DNA of 64,000 nucleotides from Bugula neritina. Its lineage: Eukaryota; Animalia; Bryozoa. The notes under the pieces are model-generated. The model did not search any database, was not told the origin of the DNA, and was given only the letters and a program-made list of their open reading frames with translations. The stretch is from contig OZ037768.1 of the NCBI GenBank assembly GCA_964035545.1, forward strand, positions 21,609,319-21,673,318, read 5' to 3'. Shown piece after piece: positions 39,001 to 53,200 of the stretch (position 1 is the stretch's first letter; the number at the start of each line of letters is the position of its first letter). Both the position numbers and the translations under genes were made by a program.

Positions 39001-42000
39001 CAACAAAACCCACAAAATATATGATTTCATTTTTGCAAAGCAATATAAGCTACTACTAACAATAATATATTCAACTATATAAAATAGTATATATTTTGCT
39101 CAGCCACATAATTAGGTTTAATATAGAGTTTTAACTGATGCATAATGCTCTTAGTGTCTAACTATCATTAATTGTTGACTTTACTTTGCTTTTTATTATA
39201 GGTTAACTTTTTTTAATGCAAAATAATTTTTTATAATATATATTTCAGGCCAAGTATAATGATATGACTAACTCTTATGAGTCACAAATGAAGAAACTTC
39301 AAGATGAAAAAGAAAAAGAAAAAGCTAAAAATCTTAACTTATTTCAGGTAGGTATAGAGTAGGTATGTTATAGTAGAAACAGCTATGGTGTAGTGGTAAG
39401 AGCATTGGTTTATAGTAAACATAAAGTCAGTGGTTTGATTCCCAGTATAAAAAACTGTTGGTGATGTTAGGAAGAAAGAAAAAGGAGATTAAAAGAGGAA
39501 GAACAAAAGAAAAGAGAAAAGGAGAAAAAAGAAATGTTAGAGGTTGTAATTTATTTTTATATTTGACTTTAGCTGGCTGATGTTGATTTACAAAACTCAC
39601 AAAATATATGATTTTATTTTTGCAAAGCAATATAAGCTACTACTAACAATAATATATTCAACTATATGAAATAGTATATATTTTATTCAGCCACATAATT
39701 AGGTTTAATATAGAGTTTTAACTGATGCGTAACGCTCTTAGTGTCTAACTATTGTCAAGTGTTAACTTTACTTTGCTTTTTATTATAGGAATTGACTTTT
39801 TTAATGCAAAATAATTTTTTATAATATTTATTTCAGATCAAGTGTGATGATCTGACTAGAGAAATAAAGACGATTAAAGAAGATGAAAAAGCTAAAGAAA
39901 TTGACTTGTTTCAGGTAGGTATAGAGCTGTAGGTATGTTGTAGTAGAAACAGCTATGGTCTAGTGGTAAGAGCATTGGTTTATAGTAAACTCAAGGTAAA
40001 TGGTTTGATTCCCAGTATAAAGACTGTTGGTGAAGTTAGGAAAAGCATCCAATCATTATTCTTGCTTTTAATGAAAAATATCTTTAGCTAAATTACAAAA
40101 ACCCCTTTCCATTATGGGTTTTTACAGGGATGATGGGCATAATTCTATGTGAGCTCATATAGTAGATATACAGCGTTAATAGCTAGATCACCAATATATA
40201 GTAAGTATGTAGCATGTATTTTGTGTTTAATTTTTAAATGTGTAATTTTTATAAAGTAGGTATATAGCTTTTATAGAGTATAGTGTATATAGCATCAGCA
40301 TTAATTAGGCAAAATAACAGAACAAAATTGTTTGATATAATAGTTTCACATAGAATTTATAAACTCTTAGCCAAAAATCTTTAATAAACCAACTGTAAGG
40401 AATTACATGAAGAGTTAACGTGGCCTTTGTTACAGATTGTTGAAGCTCTATTTTTAGCATTTTGAAGATGATATTTGTTGTTTTGTTAGATAGTTCAGTT
40501 TTCTATGCAGTAATCAGCTGCCTAATAATATAGATAAGGCCTAACCACCACCTTTGTTGAAGTCAGCTTTTAGGGTTTTGACAGGAACCGGTTCATCTTC
40601 CTTTGTGAGGTCATTACATGTGTCCCCATAATTAGCTGACCCTATTTGTTGCTAAGTTTAGATTTAATTACCTTTTATGTGATTGCCCTGATATTTAAGA
40701 TAGGATAGAAACCCTAGAAAAAGCAGTCACTCATGTAGCCTAAGCTGTGCTACCTATTGCGTTTTCAAGTCAAGTGACAAAGTCAATAAAAAGTTAGATT
40801 CTTGAAAATAGCAAGCTTGTCAGGAAAATAGAGGTTTTGTCATTTATTACTGATTACTATTCTTTACAATTTTTAACACAATGCTTTCTGTGTTTTATGA
40901 GAATTTTTATTGCTTTTATCTCTTAATATTATAATATTTTGATGTCTGCTATAATAGTTTAACAATTGCTATTTGTATCATATAAGTTTTACCATATTAG
41001 TATGCATGAATTATTTCGGGTGTAGTTTTTTTCGATTTAGAAGAATTAAGAAAAGTGAGAGATTTATTGAACCATCTTCTGAGTCTGTACTAAAACAGTT
41101 TGTTGATGAAACCTTGCTCAACACCAACACCTAAAATTTCTTGACTAAAAACATTTTAAAACTTTAATAGGTTCTCAGCACCTTGTGCAGTTCAAGGCTA
41201 TTACTTTTTGCTATATTTATAGTAACTAGTTATTACAAATGGTCAGCAAACTGTCTTTAAAAATTAAAACTGTGATTATAATGAAAGCAGTTTGTGCTGT
41301 TACACTATCATTAAAACTCTGAGCAGAATGGCAATATATTTCACCAGAATCTTATGGTATTAAAATAAATTACTATATTTATTTTAGATATTCACCTTTT
41401 TAAAGGAAAAATATGATAAAAGTCAAAAAGATAACAATGAAAAAGCAAAAGATGAAAGAAGAATAATAGAGGTAACCAATAAAGAATTTTATAAAAAAAC
41501 ATACAAGATATAATTATACAACATGGCAGATGTTTATAGCCAAAAGAGCATTAGGCTAAATGGTGTAGAAAATGTTAGCATTGCAAGTGAAGAGAAAACA
41601 AAACAAAACAAATTGAGATAAACAAAATGATGCAGAACATTCAAACTAATATGTTTCTTGCATGTATAAAAATAAAGGCTGCTGAGTGGCCAATTTGTCT
41701 TTACAGCCAATATATTATGGTAATTTCCAAATTACTTAAAACTATTAAAAATGGAGTTTTTTCTGAGATCCATTTCAATGGTAAATTTTGAACTGAGAAT
41801 TTAATAACCAACTTTTTTGAACCTTTAAGCTTAAGTTTCTAGCTTAAGATGCTTTGATTCAGTGGCTATTACCGGTGGGGGAGAGGGGGTAGATATTACA
41901 AATTACAACTTACATGATTGCTTTTTTTGGCACTACTAACTAGACTTTGAGCTTAAAATTTGAGGTCTTTTGATAATGTGCCCTAATATTTTTCATAGTT

Positions 42001-43902
42001 TTCAATCATGAACATAAAGATCTGAGGCTATTTTAGGACTTGAAAGTGTTTGTTTAGAGATACTAAGTTTAATTGAACTTGTAATTTTGAAGTTTACAAT
42101 AGCCTGATCAGAACCATTGAGTTAATTTATAAAATGACATATTTGTAACTTGAAGTTTTGGCATTTGAAGTTTAAGAAAAACATAATTAATTATATAAAA
42201 AAATTTTGCTGCGCATTGCAGTAATTTGGTGAGTTTGGAACAATTGAATGGAGAACATAACTCCTTGTCTGTATTAGAAAGAAGAGAGTGTCTTAAAATG
42301 TGTAGGAATAGCTCTATTGTAGAGAGTAGTATATCAGAGTGATTTTTATTTGGCAAGCTCTAACTGTAGACTGGCTCTACACTGTCAGTTTGCCTCCTTA
42401 TATATCCTGGAAACATTCCTTCCAGAATTTTCTACCAATCTTCGGCCGAAAATCAGTCATGTCAGACGTGTCGGAGTCTCCGACCCGAATGTCTGACACT
42501 CCGACATGCCCGATCTCGGGCAAAGACCAGTTTACAGCAAAAGAAAATAAAAGGGACCAAGAAAAGAATAAGAATATCGTTGCGCTAAGTTAAATAATAA
42601 TAAAGTAAAAAGATAACTCCAAAAATTACCACAATATAAACAAGGCAATGCAAAGCTACCCTTTTCTTTAGTATATTCTAGTATTTCGCAATTAAAAAAC
42701 TTATTTTTATAAGTTTTTTAGTTTTTAGTTGCCCTATTTGCTAACTATCTATTTTCAAAAGGATATTTTCTCAATAATTCTATTTTTAGCAAGTCAAAGA
42801 TTTGTGTTTTGATGCTTCATTTTAGCGACTTAAACAGTGAATTAAACAGTGAATTAAACAGTGACTTAAATAGTGACTTGAACAGCGACTTAAACAGTGG
42901 CTTAAAAGTATAGACAGCATTTTTGTATCAGCATAGCAATGTAGCTAGTAAATAACGTGATAGCAAATTTAAGCCTTGCAAAGACGTTTACTTATTAACA
43001 CTCATTATAGTTTAACAATTTAATTTGTTATATAAATTTAAAGATTCATTCAACATTTAATGTTAGTGTTGGTTGCTTTAGCTCCAATTGCAAATGAATA
43101 CGTTAAATTAGATAATATTCTTTGACTGTTGACTAATAGTTTTAGTCATGCATTTTGTCTGGCACATAATATTTTAATGCCTTTCCAATCAAAATGTCTT
43201 TGTCTAATAGCAGCCTAAAATTTTAAATTAGAAAAAATACTTATAAGTTTTCACAAGTAATTGCAATTTTAGGAAGTTCGGGTAGAAGTAGACGAAAAGT
43301 TGGAAAATATTTCACAGAAAGTGAATTCAAATGAGCGAAAACAGATGTTCGAAAATTTCCAAAATGAATATGAAAGAAATATTAAAGAAAAAAATGAAGA
43401 ATTTCAAAAGTTCAATAAAACATTGACAGAGAAGAAAAATGAGCTTTATGAAAAAACGACAGCGATGCTAGACCAAAAGTTGGACTTTTTAACCAGTGTT
43501 GTGCCTCATAGTTCGGACATTAAGAAAGCAAAAGATAGGGTACAAAACATAAGGAATAACTTTCGGTTTAGCACAGTCACTATAGAAGACCTATACAGTG
43601 TTGAAAATGCTGTTGAAGCCTTATTTATTGCACACAAGTTGGAATCAGAATATTATGATAGAATGAAAAAGGAACTTGACGATTATAAAGAAAGATATGA
43701 GCAGTCAGAAAAGCAACGCCACAAATTAAAGATAAGGCTAGACCAAATGGAAGAACAAAGAAACAGAATTTTGAAAACAGCAAACTCTTCTCTTCAGGAA
43801 ATTGATCCTGAGCCATGCTCGAAATGTGGCCAAAAAAGGATTCTGTTATGCAGGTCAACCTGTGAAATCAAACATCTGATTGAATCAATAGTAGCAGAGT
43901 GA
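31830..43902 (+). CDS. Orphan Cys-cluster/coiled-coil protein, paralog B (~583 aa, 11 exons plus one optional exon)
   Basis: Exons 31830-31967, 32377-32475, 32884-32994, 34083-34220, 37749-37853, 38248-38349, 38788-38955, 39249-39347, (39471-39542 optional), 39837-39914, 41388-41471, 43273-43902. All are phase 0 and join in an open frame; the last exon is the 200-aa coiled-coil ORF. Confidence 0.78.
32090..32305 (+). repeat. Degenerate (TTGCA/TTACA)n pentamer satellite
   Basis: gcattgcattgtattgcattgcattatattgca. Confidence 0.75.
32762..32833 (+). mobile_element. tRNA-like short repeat / SINE family 2 head
   Basis: GCCCCAGCAGTGTAATGGTTAGCACACTTGCTTGCAAGCCGGAGGTCTTGGGTTCGAATCCCAGTGGGG has A and B boxes and a T-arm, but a defective anticodon stem. 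Related copies at ~15716-15787, 26710-26780 and 26890-26965. Confidence 0.6.
33580..33690 (+). repeat. 13-bp tandem repeat (GCACACACTCACT)n
   Basis: About 8 copies, visible directly. Confidence 0.9.
34667..36816. mobile_element. Non-autonomous fold-back element (PIF/Harbinger-like ends) with long internal inverted arms and AT-only core
   Basis: TIR AGTTGCGTTTATACCT / AGGTATAAACGCAACT flanked by TTA on both sides. Inverted arms ~34830-35215 vs ~36039-36424 (also 34771-34797 vs 36443-36468) surround about 820 bp of TA-rich sequence. Confidence 0.7.
36897..37122. repeat. Small palindromic MITE-like repeat
   Basis: CCAAATTTGGGCATCC / AATTGGGCATCC / TTTCGGGCATC motifs with inverted GGATGCCCAAGTTTGG; ends not defined. 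Confidence 0.45.
37830..38029 (+). repeat. 30-bp tandem repeat x6.6 spanning the exon-5 donor of paralog B
   Basis: Same unit as 27970-28168. Confidence 0.95.
38530..38760 (+). mobile_element. tRNA-derived SINE, family 1
   Basis: GCAGCCGTGGTCTAGGGGTTAGAGC...GGGTTCGA...ATCAGGGGTTTC...AAACTTGTGTGAATTTTT, immediately upstream of the exon-7 acceptor of paralog B. Confidence 0.8.
38884..40045 (+). repeat. ~585-bp tandem duplication covering the exon-7 tail, intron, exon 8 and a SINE head of paralog B
   Basis: 38884-39470 and 39471-40045 are colinear and near-identical in intronic parts; exon 9 is the diverged copy of exon 8. Confidence 0.9.
39377..39475 (+). mobile_element. Truncated SINE family 1 head (duplicated from the 39947 copy)
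   Basis: Near-identical to 39947-40045; ends at GGTGATGTTAGGAAGA, where it joins duplicated exon-7 sequence. Confidence 0.7.
39947..40155 (+). mobile_element. tRNA-derived SINE, family 1 (diverged)
   Basis: CAGCTATGGTCTAGTGGTAAGAGCATTGG...GGTTTGATTCCCAGT...GTTAGGAAAAGCATCCAATCAT. Confidence 0.7.
42824..42906 (+). repeat. 11-bp tandem repeat (TTAAACAGTGA/C)n
   Basis: About 7 copies. Confidence 0.8.
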
Positions 43903-44320
43903 CATAGAAGCACCACTCCTGACACGATGTGATATCTTTATCCATGTTGTTTGTAGAGTAGTTCACAAATTATGAAGAATAATAATTACAATGTTTATCT
44001 ATTATTTACTTTATTTCATCCTGATACTTATAAAAGTATAAGTTGTAATCATTTATTATTTATTATTATTCAACAGCAAGCATTTAGTTTCATGTTTACT
44101 CAATCTCAGACCACAGGGTCAGTGCCTCCTCACTCTACATTGTTTAGGAACACCTGGTAATTATATACAAAACTTTTAAACTTGAAATTTATGTCACCTC
44201 ATTTTCCTTGATGTTTGTAGTATCTGGGAGGACTAAAATAAATTATCTAAAATTGTGTTTTATGCCTGATACAGTGCTTTAATTAACATTAAATTGACTT
44301 ATCATAGCTGGCTGGTTGGT

Positions 44321-46110
<1,790 letters not shown>

Positions 46111-46249
46111 TTCACCAACCCAACCACGCAACATTTTGCATATTTGTTAAAATCAGTACGCTTACAGCAAGATAACCTTTGTAACCTTTCTGGTAAGAGA
46201 TTTATAGTAAAAGTTAATAAACAAATGATGGTATGGAAATGGTCTAAAA

Positions 46250-46567
46250 CAGGGCTGTCCAACAGGCGGCCCCTGGACCGAATAGGGCCCATAGCCTACA
46301 TTTATGTGGCCCTCAAAGCATTTCAAACGAAAATTATTTTTCACAGTATACATGAATTAGAGTGAAATAACAACTTTTCAATATTGTATTTATACACATG
46401 CTACAAAACATGCAGCATGCAGAAACTATTGGGACTTTATTGTGCAATGATTCATAAGAATTTGGGATAAAATAATTAGAAAAATACTGTTGCTGTGACC
46501 TCCCCCCCCCCAGCATAAGGTAAAGTTCACAATATGGCTCTCAGCATAAAAAGGTTGGACACCCCTG
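46250..46567. mobile_element. hAT (Charlie-like) MITE
   Basis: TIR CAGGGCTGTCCAAC / GTTGGACACCCCTG, perfect 8-bp TSD GTCTAAAA, subterminal GCGGCCC/GGCCC motifs. Confidence 0.88.
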
Positions 46568-49500
46568 GTCTAAAACCATTAATTGCTGGTTAACCTTTGA
46601 ACTGCACACCATGCTTTCCAGTACATGCTGTGTTATACATTATATGCATTACAATGAAATTTTGGTCTTAGTTTCTAAATCATTACAGCTGACAGTAAGT
46701 GTGAGTATTTTAGTTGCTGCAATATTTGTAATATGACTATTGGTACGTTAAGTTATATGGCATAAATTTAGTATATTAGGTTTACACTTGATAGTTTCAA
46801 TTGTCTTGCAAACTTTCTAGCAAAATGCAATTGGCGGTTTAATGATAAAGGTGATGCTTAGCACCAAAAATGCCCCCTAGCTTGAGACATTTCCCATGCT
46901 CTGATAACTAGCCTACATGGCATATATTTTTGTCTAATATACAGATAAGTATAGTACTGCAGAACAAAAATTTAGGAGTCTGTGCTCTTCTAGCAGTTTC
47001 AGCAGTTTAACATCGGTTTGTTTTTTCATAATGGGAGAGGTCTTATTTTGTCCAGAGCAAATTAGAAAGTTAAATACTAATTTAAACCAATAAATTGTTT
47101 AGACTTGTTTCTTTAATCACTCACTAAATATTATTATTACAACCCTGAGAGTAGATTATAAATAACTACATATATAACTGACTAACTTTTAAAAGTGCAT
47201 ACTATGTGCACACCATCTGATGAAAAGAAAAGTTATAGAAGTTTTATAATTTTAAGTCACTCTAAAAAGTTTATACAAAGCTTTATTTGCTAACTTATAA
47301 CTAGTTCTATGACGAGCAGGTACAATAAATCTACCTGCTATAATTTTGGTTGCATGAAGATTGTAAAGTCACTATTCTATTTGAAACCAGCCTTTGCAAA
47401 TGTTTACTGCTTGGATGTAAATGGGAAATCTCGAATAAATATCCACTTCCATTAATCCATAATTTCAGTGATGAAGATTTGTTTCCTAATATGGGAGATA
47501 ACTTCAACAAAAGCAACTTAGCATTCTGAGCTTTTTCATTTTTACTTCATATCCTGTAACATGTTTGTTCGCAGACTTGAAGTGTAGTTGGAGTGGAAGG
47601 AGTTGGAATAATACTTATTAGTTATTATAGTTAATAGTGTTTGAATTTAATATTTATGAATATAATAACTAATTTTTTTGATGATTTATTATTTCAATTT
47701 TTTTCTATTCACATTAAATAATTATTTTAAACTTAGTTGTATCAAATGATTCAAATCACTCATATTGAAATCAGAAATGAAATATGAAATTGAAAATTGG
47801 AAATCAGAAATGAAATTTATTTTGAATATTAAAATTAAATTTAATATGTTTTAATTTATAATTATGAAATAATTATATAAAATGAATATAATTAGCATTA
47901 TCATAGTGACAATAACTTATACAGATCATCATTGATTTTAATCCTTGTTTTTTTTTAATTTATAACTACAAGTACAAGTAATGAAGTATTACTATAACTC
48001 TATATTCTATAAGTATATGTACAACTATAGCAATATTAATATGTAAGCAGTTATTGTTAAACTTAAAATTAACGTAAATAGTAACATCGTTATTACTATT
48101 AATCATAATTATAACGATAATGTTAATTAACATTTATAAATTCTTCATTTTTCACTTCGAATCAGGATATAACACTAACAAATTTACACTTATAGTAATA
48201 TAATTTATTTTCATTTTATCATGATCATTATGTTTTAAACGTTTATTTTTAATTTTAAGTGAGTTGCATTGAGTTTGACTTCTTCTAAATCTAATCAATA
48301 AAAATAACTAGCTAAAGTCAGACTAAAAGTAGGAGTGAGTAAATTTGATTCAAGCTCATGATGATAATCATAATTCAGCATACTCGTAGAGATAGTCGTA
48401 CTTATAGTTATAGATTAACTCATACTATCACTATGACCCACATTCACTGGTAAATGCAGATATATATTTATTCAGAGTGGTGAATAAATTTAATAACAAT
48501 ATCATATTGACATATTAAATATGTCAGGTTTTTATTAATTGTTTTACTTGTAAAATTTTTACTCCTAAATTAAAATTGATGATTATAAAGTTAAACTTAC
48601 TAACGTCTGGTTCAGATTTATTGAATAAAATCAAATGCTGATAGTGAACTATAGTAACATCCTCAGTCACTGTAATGAGCGGACTGTCAATTTATTTCAA
48701 CAGTGGCACTCTGACTCGCTCCCACTAGCGCGCTCACTTGACCATGTCTTCATGGTTTGTTTTAGTTTATTGGTATTCATAATTATGTAACACTGCATCT
48801 CATTAGTTGTTAATTGAATATCAATCTTATTTTCACACACTCATTCACTAACTGAGTCATTGTTATGTAGCAAAGTGAGAGTATGGGGTTGGCATACTCA
48901 TTGTGTTTTTATATTATGCCAGCTTCATTTTAAGACCTAAATCACAGTAATCTGCAACTCTATCAGTACTTGTTAACTGTGGAACATTGACATATGATTT
49001 TATTATGTTTATAGTTGATTAGATGAGATGAATTTCTCCTAATATTTATATAGACTGAATTTGAGATTCAGCAATATGTCATTATAAGTATCTGATTAAT
49101 CAAAATATATTCAATAATTAATTATTCAATTTGTCAGTGCTTAAGTCTGAAAATTTTAATTTAATAAACTAAAATTACATAACTTTTATTATAGATTTTG
49201 ATTTTGAAATTTGACTCACGGCTGCTGGTAATGCTGAGCATGAGTAGAAAACTGAGCCTGGCCACCACTGTGAATAAGTTACTGAGACTGTTTGTGTGAC
49301 TGTAAGTTCTTGTTTCATTTTCATGAAAAGCTAAAATGCAATCTTAAGATTTCATCACATTTTCATGATAAAAGTTGAGTTAATTTTAATGGTTTTTGCA
49401 TTATTATATCAAGCTGAGATTTTTGTTATAAAGTGCTTTAGTTATAATACTATATATACACCTAGCCTGGAGCTCTTGAAAAAAAACATTAAACTAGTAA

Positions 49501-50231
49501 TAATTTTTTTTTATAAATTAGCTGATTTTCAAAATTATTGTTACTGTTAATGTTACTATTAGTGCTAATAGCTGTCAGGTAAACGCTATAAAGTTATATT
49601 AATTCGCTAATGAAAAATCTTAAAAATAAACTCACATTATAAAAATTGCTACCTATAGGCAAATAGTATTAATAGGGTAAGCAACTTTGACGGTATTAGT
49701 GTTTTGTCTTCATACAAAATATTTGCAGTTACCAGCACTAATTTTTCAGTTGATAAAACAATGAAATTTTGAATTGTAGTTGAGGTAACTTTATGCTGTC
49801 ACATTTGTTATATATATTACACTTCCGTAACAGCCTCGATGTGAGTTCACATTTTAACGGATTTATTGATAGATTATTTACTATATAATGTATTTTTAGT
49901 AACTCAGTAGTGTATACAGGATTCTGCGTGTATACAATTCTAGCTTTATAAAGTGGAATTGTCAAAAAATATAGACTCGCTATGTTATTGTAGGACAATG
50001 GTCTCTTCTTCATTTTTTGTTCATAAATATTTTTATTTTTGTTTCATATGTGCAATACAATGCTTTAATAATAAGAATATATTAGTAGTAAAAATGTCTT
50101 CATTCTTTTTATTAATACTTGACATAACTGTATTTCTGTTTAGCTGTGGAATTATCAAATCGGTATGTTATCTGGAATGATGCGCTGAACTAGGTGCGGG
50201 TAGTTTAGAAAGTGATAAACTACAGGTTCCA

Positions 50232-53200
50232 ATGGATCAATCATATAGACGGCACTATTCGGGCGCACAGCGTGGTGGTAGAAGGGGAAGGTCACATCGT
50301 AGGCGTTATCCTGACCAGCATCCTCAGCAGGAAGCTGGCCCGAATGACGATGACCAATCAGAGTCTAGAGGTAGTGATCATTGTATAATTATAATTTGAT
50401 GTAAAATATTCTGTGATATTGCCCGTATGATGTTTAGAGTAAGTTACAGATATTTATAGTAAGTTACATATATTTAGAGTAAGTTACTCATATTTAGAGT
50501 AAGTTACTCATATTTAGAGTAAGTTACTCATATTTAGAGTAAGTTACATATATTTAGAGTAAGTTACAGATATTTAGAGTAAGTTACTCATATTTAGAGT
50601 AAGTTACTCATATTTAGAGTAAGTTACTGATATTTATAGTAAGTTACAGATATTTAGAGTAAGTTACTGATATGTAGAATATGTTACAGATATTTGGAGT
50701 AAGTTACAGATATGTAGAGTAAGTTACCGATGTTTAGAGTAAGTTACAGATATTTATATTAAGTTACAGATGTTTATAGTAAGTTACTGCTGGTAGATAG
50801 GAACAGGCCTCCCAGGGGATTCAGGGGAAGAGCTATTGGAATGTGGTACGCTAATCGAGGTCGTCTAAAACGTGAGCATGCTGGGGTATGTATTACACTG
50901 TGTCAATATGTAATGTATATGTGAGGTTCACATGCTATAGAAGATTCCATCTGCTTTTAGTGCAATATTTGTTGGTTTTTTTCTTCTCATTGGCCTGCAA
51001 CAGTGGCCAACAAAACAACCGATACAAGCAAAGATTTTAAAAAATATTCGTGTAATCCTTTTAGCCAAAACAACATGGCTGCCAGTAATCTTGCCTGCTT
51101 TTAAACTGCTACTATATACATTGGAGATGTTTTTCTGAAAAATTTTCGCTGATCATACGTCTATATTATGTAATTTGTTTTAACTAATAACTATTGTGAA
51201 TACTTTGTGTGATTAGTTTGAGTGTAGAGACTGACTTTGTTGGGTTTCAGATTTTAACTTAATTTGACTACATTGTTTAGTCATGTTGGAAATCTAAATA
51301 TCTGGACAGAGAGCTGTTTAGCATAAACATGCTGCTTGCCATATTTTTTATTTGTTGAAGTCACATAACATAATATTTTATTTACATCATAGATCTAACA
51401 TGAAACAAACATAAAAAACTGCCTTAAATTAACGAAACGTATCACTTTAAACATTAGAAGATTATAAGTAATTTTGTTTAAACGTAACTCAATTTTCCAT
51501 CAATAATCTTTTCTATTTCTAGCCTGCTTTCAAGAAACAATATATTTTAGAGGCTTCACGTGACACTAGATAACGACTCTGTGCAAAACATCCAACAAGT
51601 CCTCAATAAGCACAGTACTGAGGTGAATGCTGGGGCATCTACTTCATTTAGCACTCCTGTAAACAGAGTGTATGGCAACTCTGGTGCTGACAATCAAGCT
51701 GCATATGGCAAGTCTGGCAGTGATCAGCTGACACAGACTGGGAATCAAACTCCAGGTTTGCCAACAGAAGGAGCAGGTAAACCATCAGTAAGTGTAGCAG
51801 CTTTACATATATAATGTGTTTTATATCTAGCTTGGGCAACTCCTTTTCAGCACTTGTCAAGCTGCATCTACTTGTCTACTATGATTCTTTCCTATACTGT
51901 AATTTTGCCTTTCTCAGCAAATCAAGTTTGATTATCAAAGGCTGTCTACACACTCTTTGGTACTGAAGATTTATTGATTTCCACCCACGTAGTATTTATA
52001 CTCTGTAAAAGTGTATTTGACACTATGTAAAGATAAAACTAATCAAAAATATATCCTCTAAACCTAAATTATGCATTCCAAAAAACACATTTACTTTCTT
52101 TTATCACGAATCACAAATCTTTGTGGTAGACCTTTAGCTATAACTGTTACAATATGTCACTACTAGTTAGCTGTGGTATTTTCTAGCACAACCGGTCTAC
52201 CAAAGAAAGTGAAACTTTAGCAGAGTTTGAAGGGGAATTAAGTGACTTTCTATTAGAATACTCAGGCAATCTGTTACAGAATCAGCTCAGTGATACTCAG
52301 GAATCAGGACATGGTTCGTGTTTGCCTTCTGCACTCTAGTGAATAGCATAAGTTGTGTCATGATGTAGCCTCTTTTTGGTATCAGTCTCTTTGTATTCAC
52401 TACTGTGTAGAACTTTATAATGGCAGGTTTTTAGGGCTTTACAACTTGTTAGTTTCTTCAGTTTTCTATAAGCATGTGCTTAAAATACAATGCATGTATT
52501 TTATATTTGAATATATTATGTTTTTAACATGTTATGTTATGTCAACCTCATGTAGCTGAACATGTGAATTATTGTAGTTCTACATGTAAGTTGCCGTATT
52601 TACACTTGTAAGTTGCTGTAATTGTAGATGTATGTAAATTGTTGTAGTTGAACATGTGAATTATTGTAGTTACTCATAAATGTACACTTCAAAGCAACGA
52701 ACTACGGAACAGACAACTGAAAGAGAGGCTGGACGCTCACAATCAAAGTTCTCCACTTTTAGAATTCAGGAAGAAGTTACCTGCATATGAGTTACAGTCT
52801 GTGAGTTCATGAGTCATGCAGAATAACGCTGCCGCTAAATTATATTAGTGACAGCGTTTGTGCTTTCTTAGTGAAAGTTTCCCCTTGTTTTTATTATCTC
52901 TCTTTAACTAGAAAATCAAAACAATCAACTTAGATTACTTCTATAATGACGAAAGTCATATTTTGCGTTTCTTTGTGGCACGATTAGAGATTATTATAAT
53001 AGGATAGTTACTTATATTTGTCTAGTGGAGTGATGATTAAGGTAATTATTTTGACTTCATCCTATTTACTCTAGAAAAATAGCTTATAGGTAATGATGAA
53101 AATGTTACATCAGTAAAAATTGAAATCCTTTTCAATAAAAATTATAGTTTAATATTTAAAATAACAGTATTAATTGCTCTTTCATGTAAAATGTTGATCA

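Noticed and set aside
42370-42535. GC-richer palindromic patch (TCGGAGTCTCCGA, GCCCGATCTCGGGC)
   Set aside because: Probably a MITE fragment, but I could not define TIRs or a TSD.
46600-50200. Possible gene upstream of DHX36 (e.g. ORF 47331-47516)
   Set aside because: Very AT-rich low-complexity sequence; no consistent exon chain or motif found.
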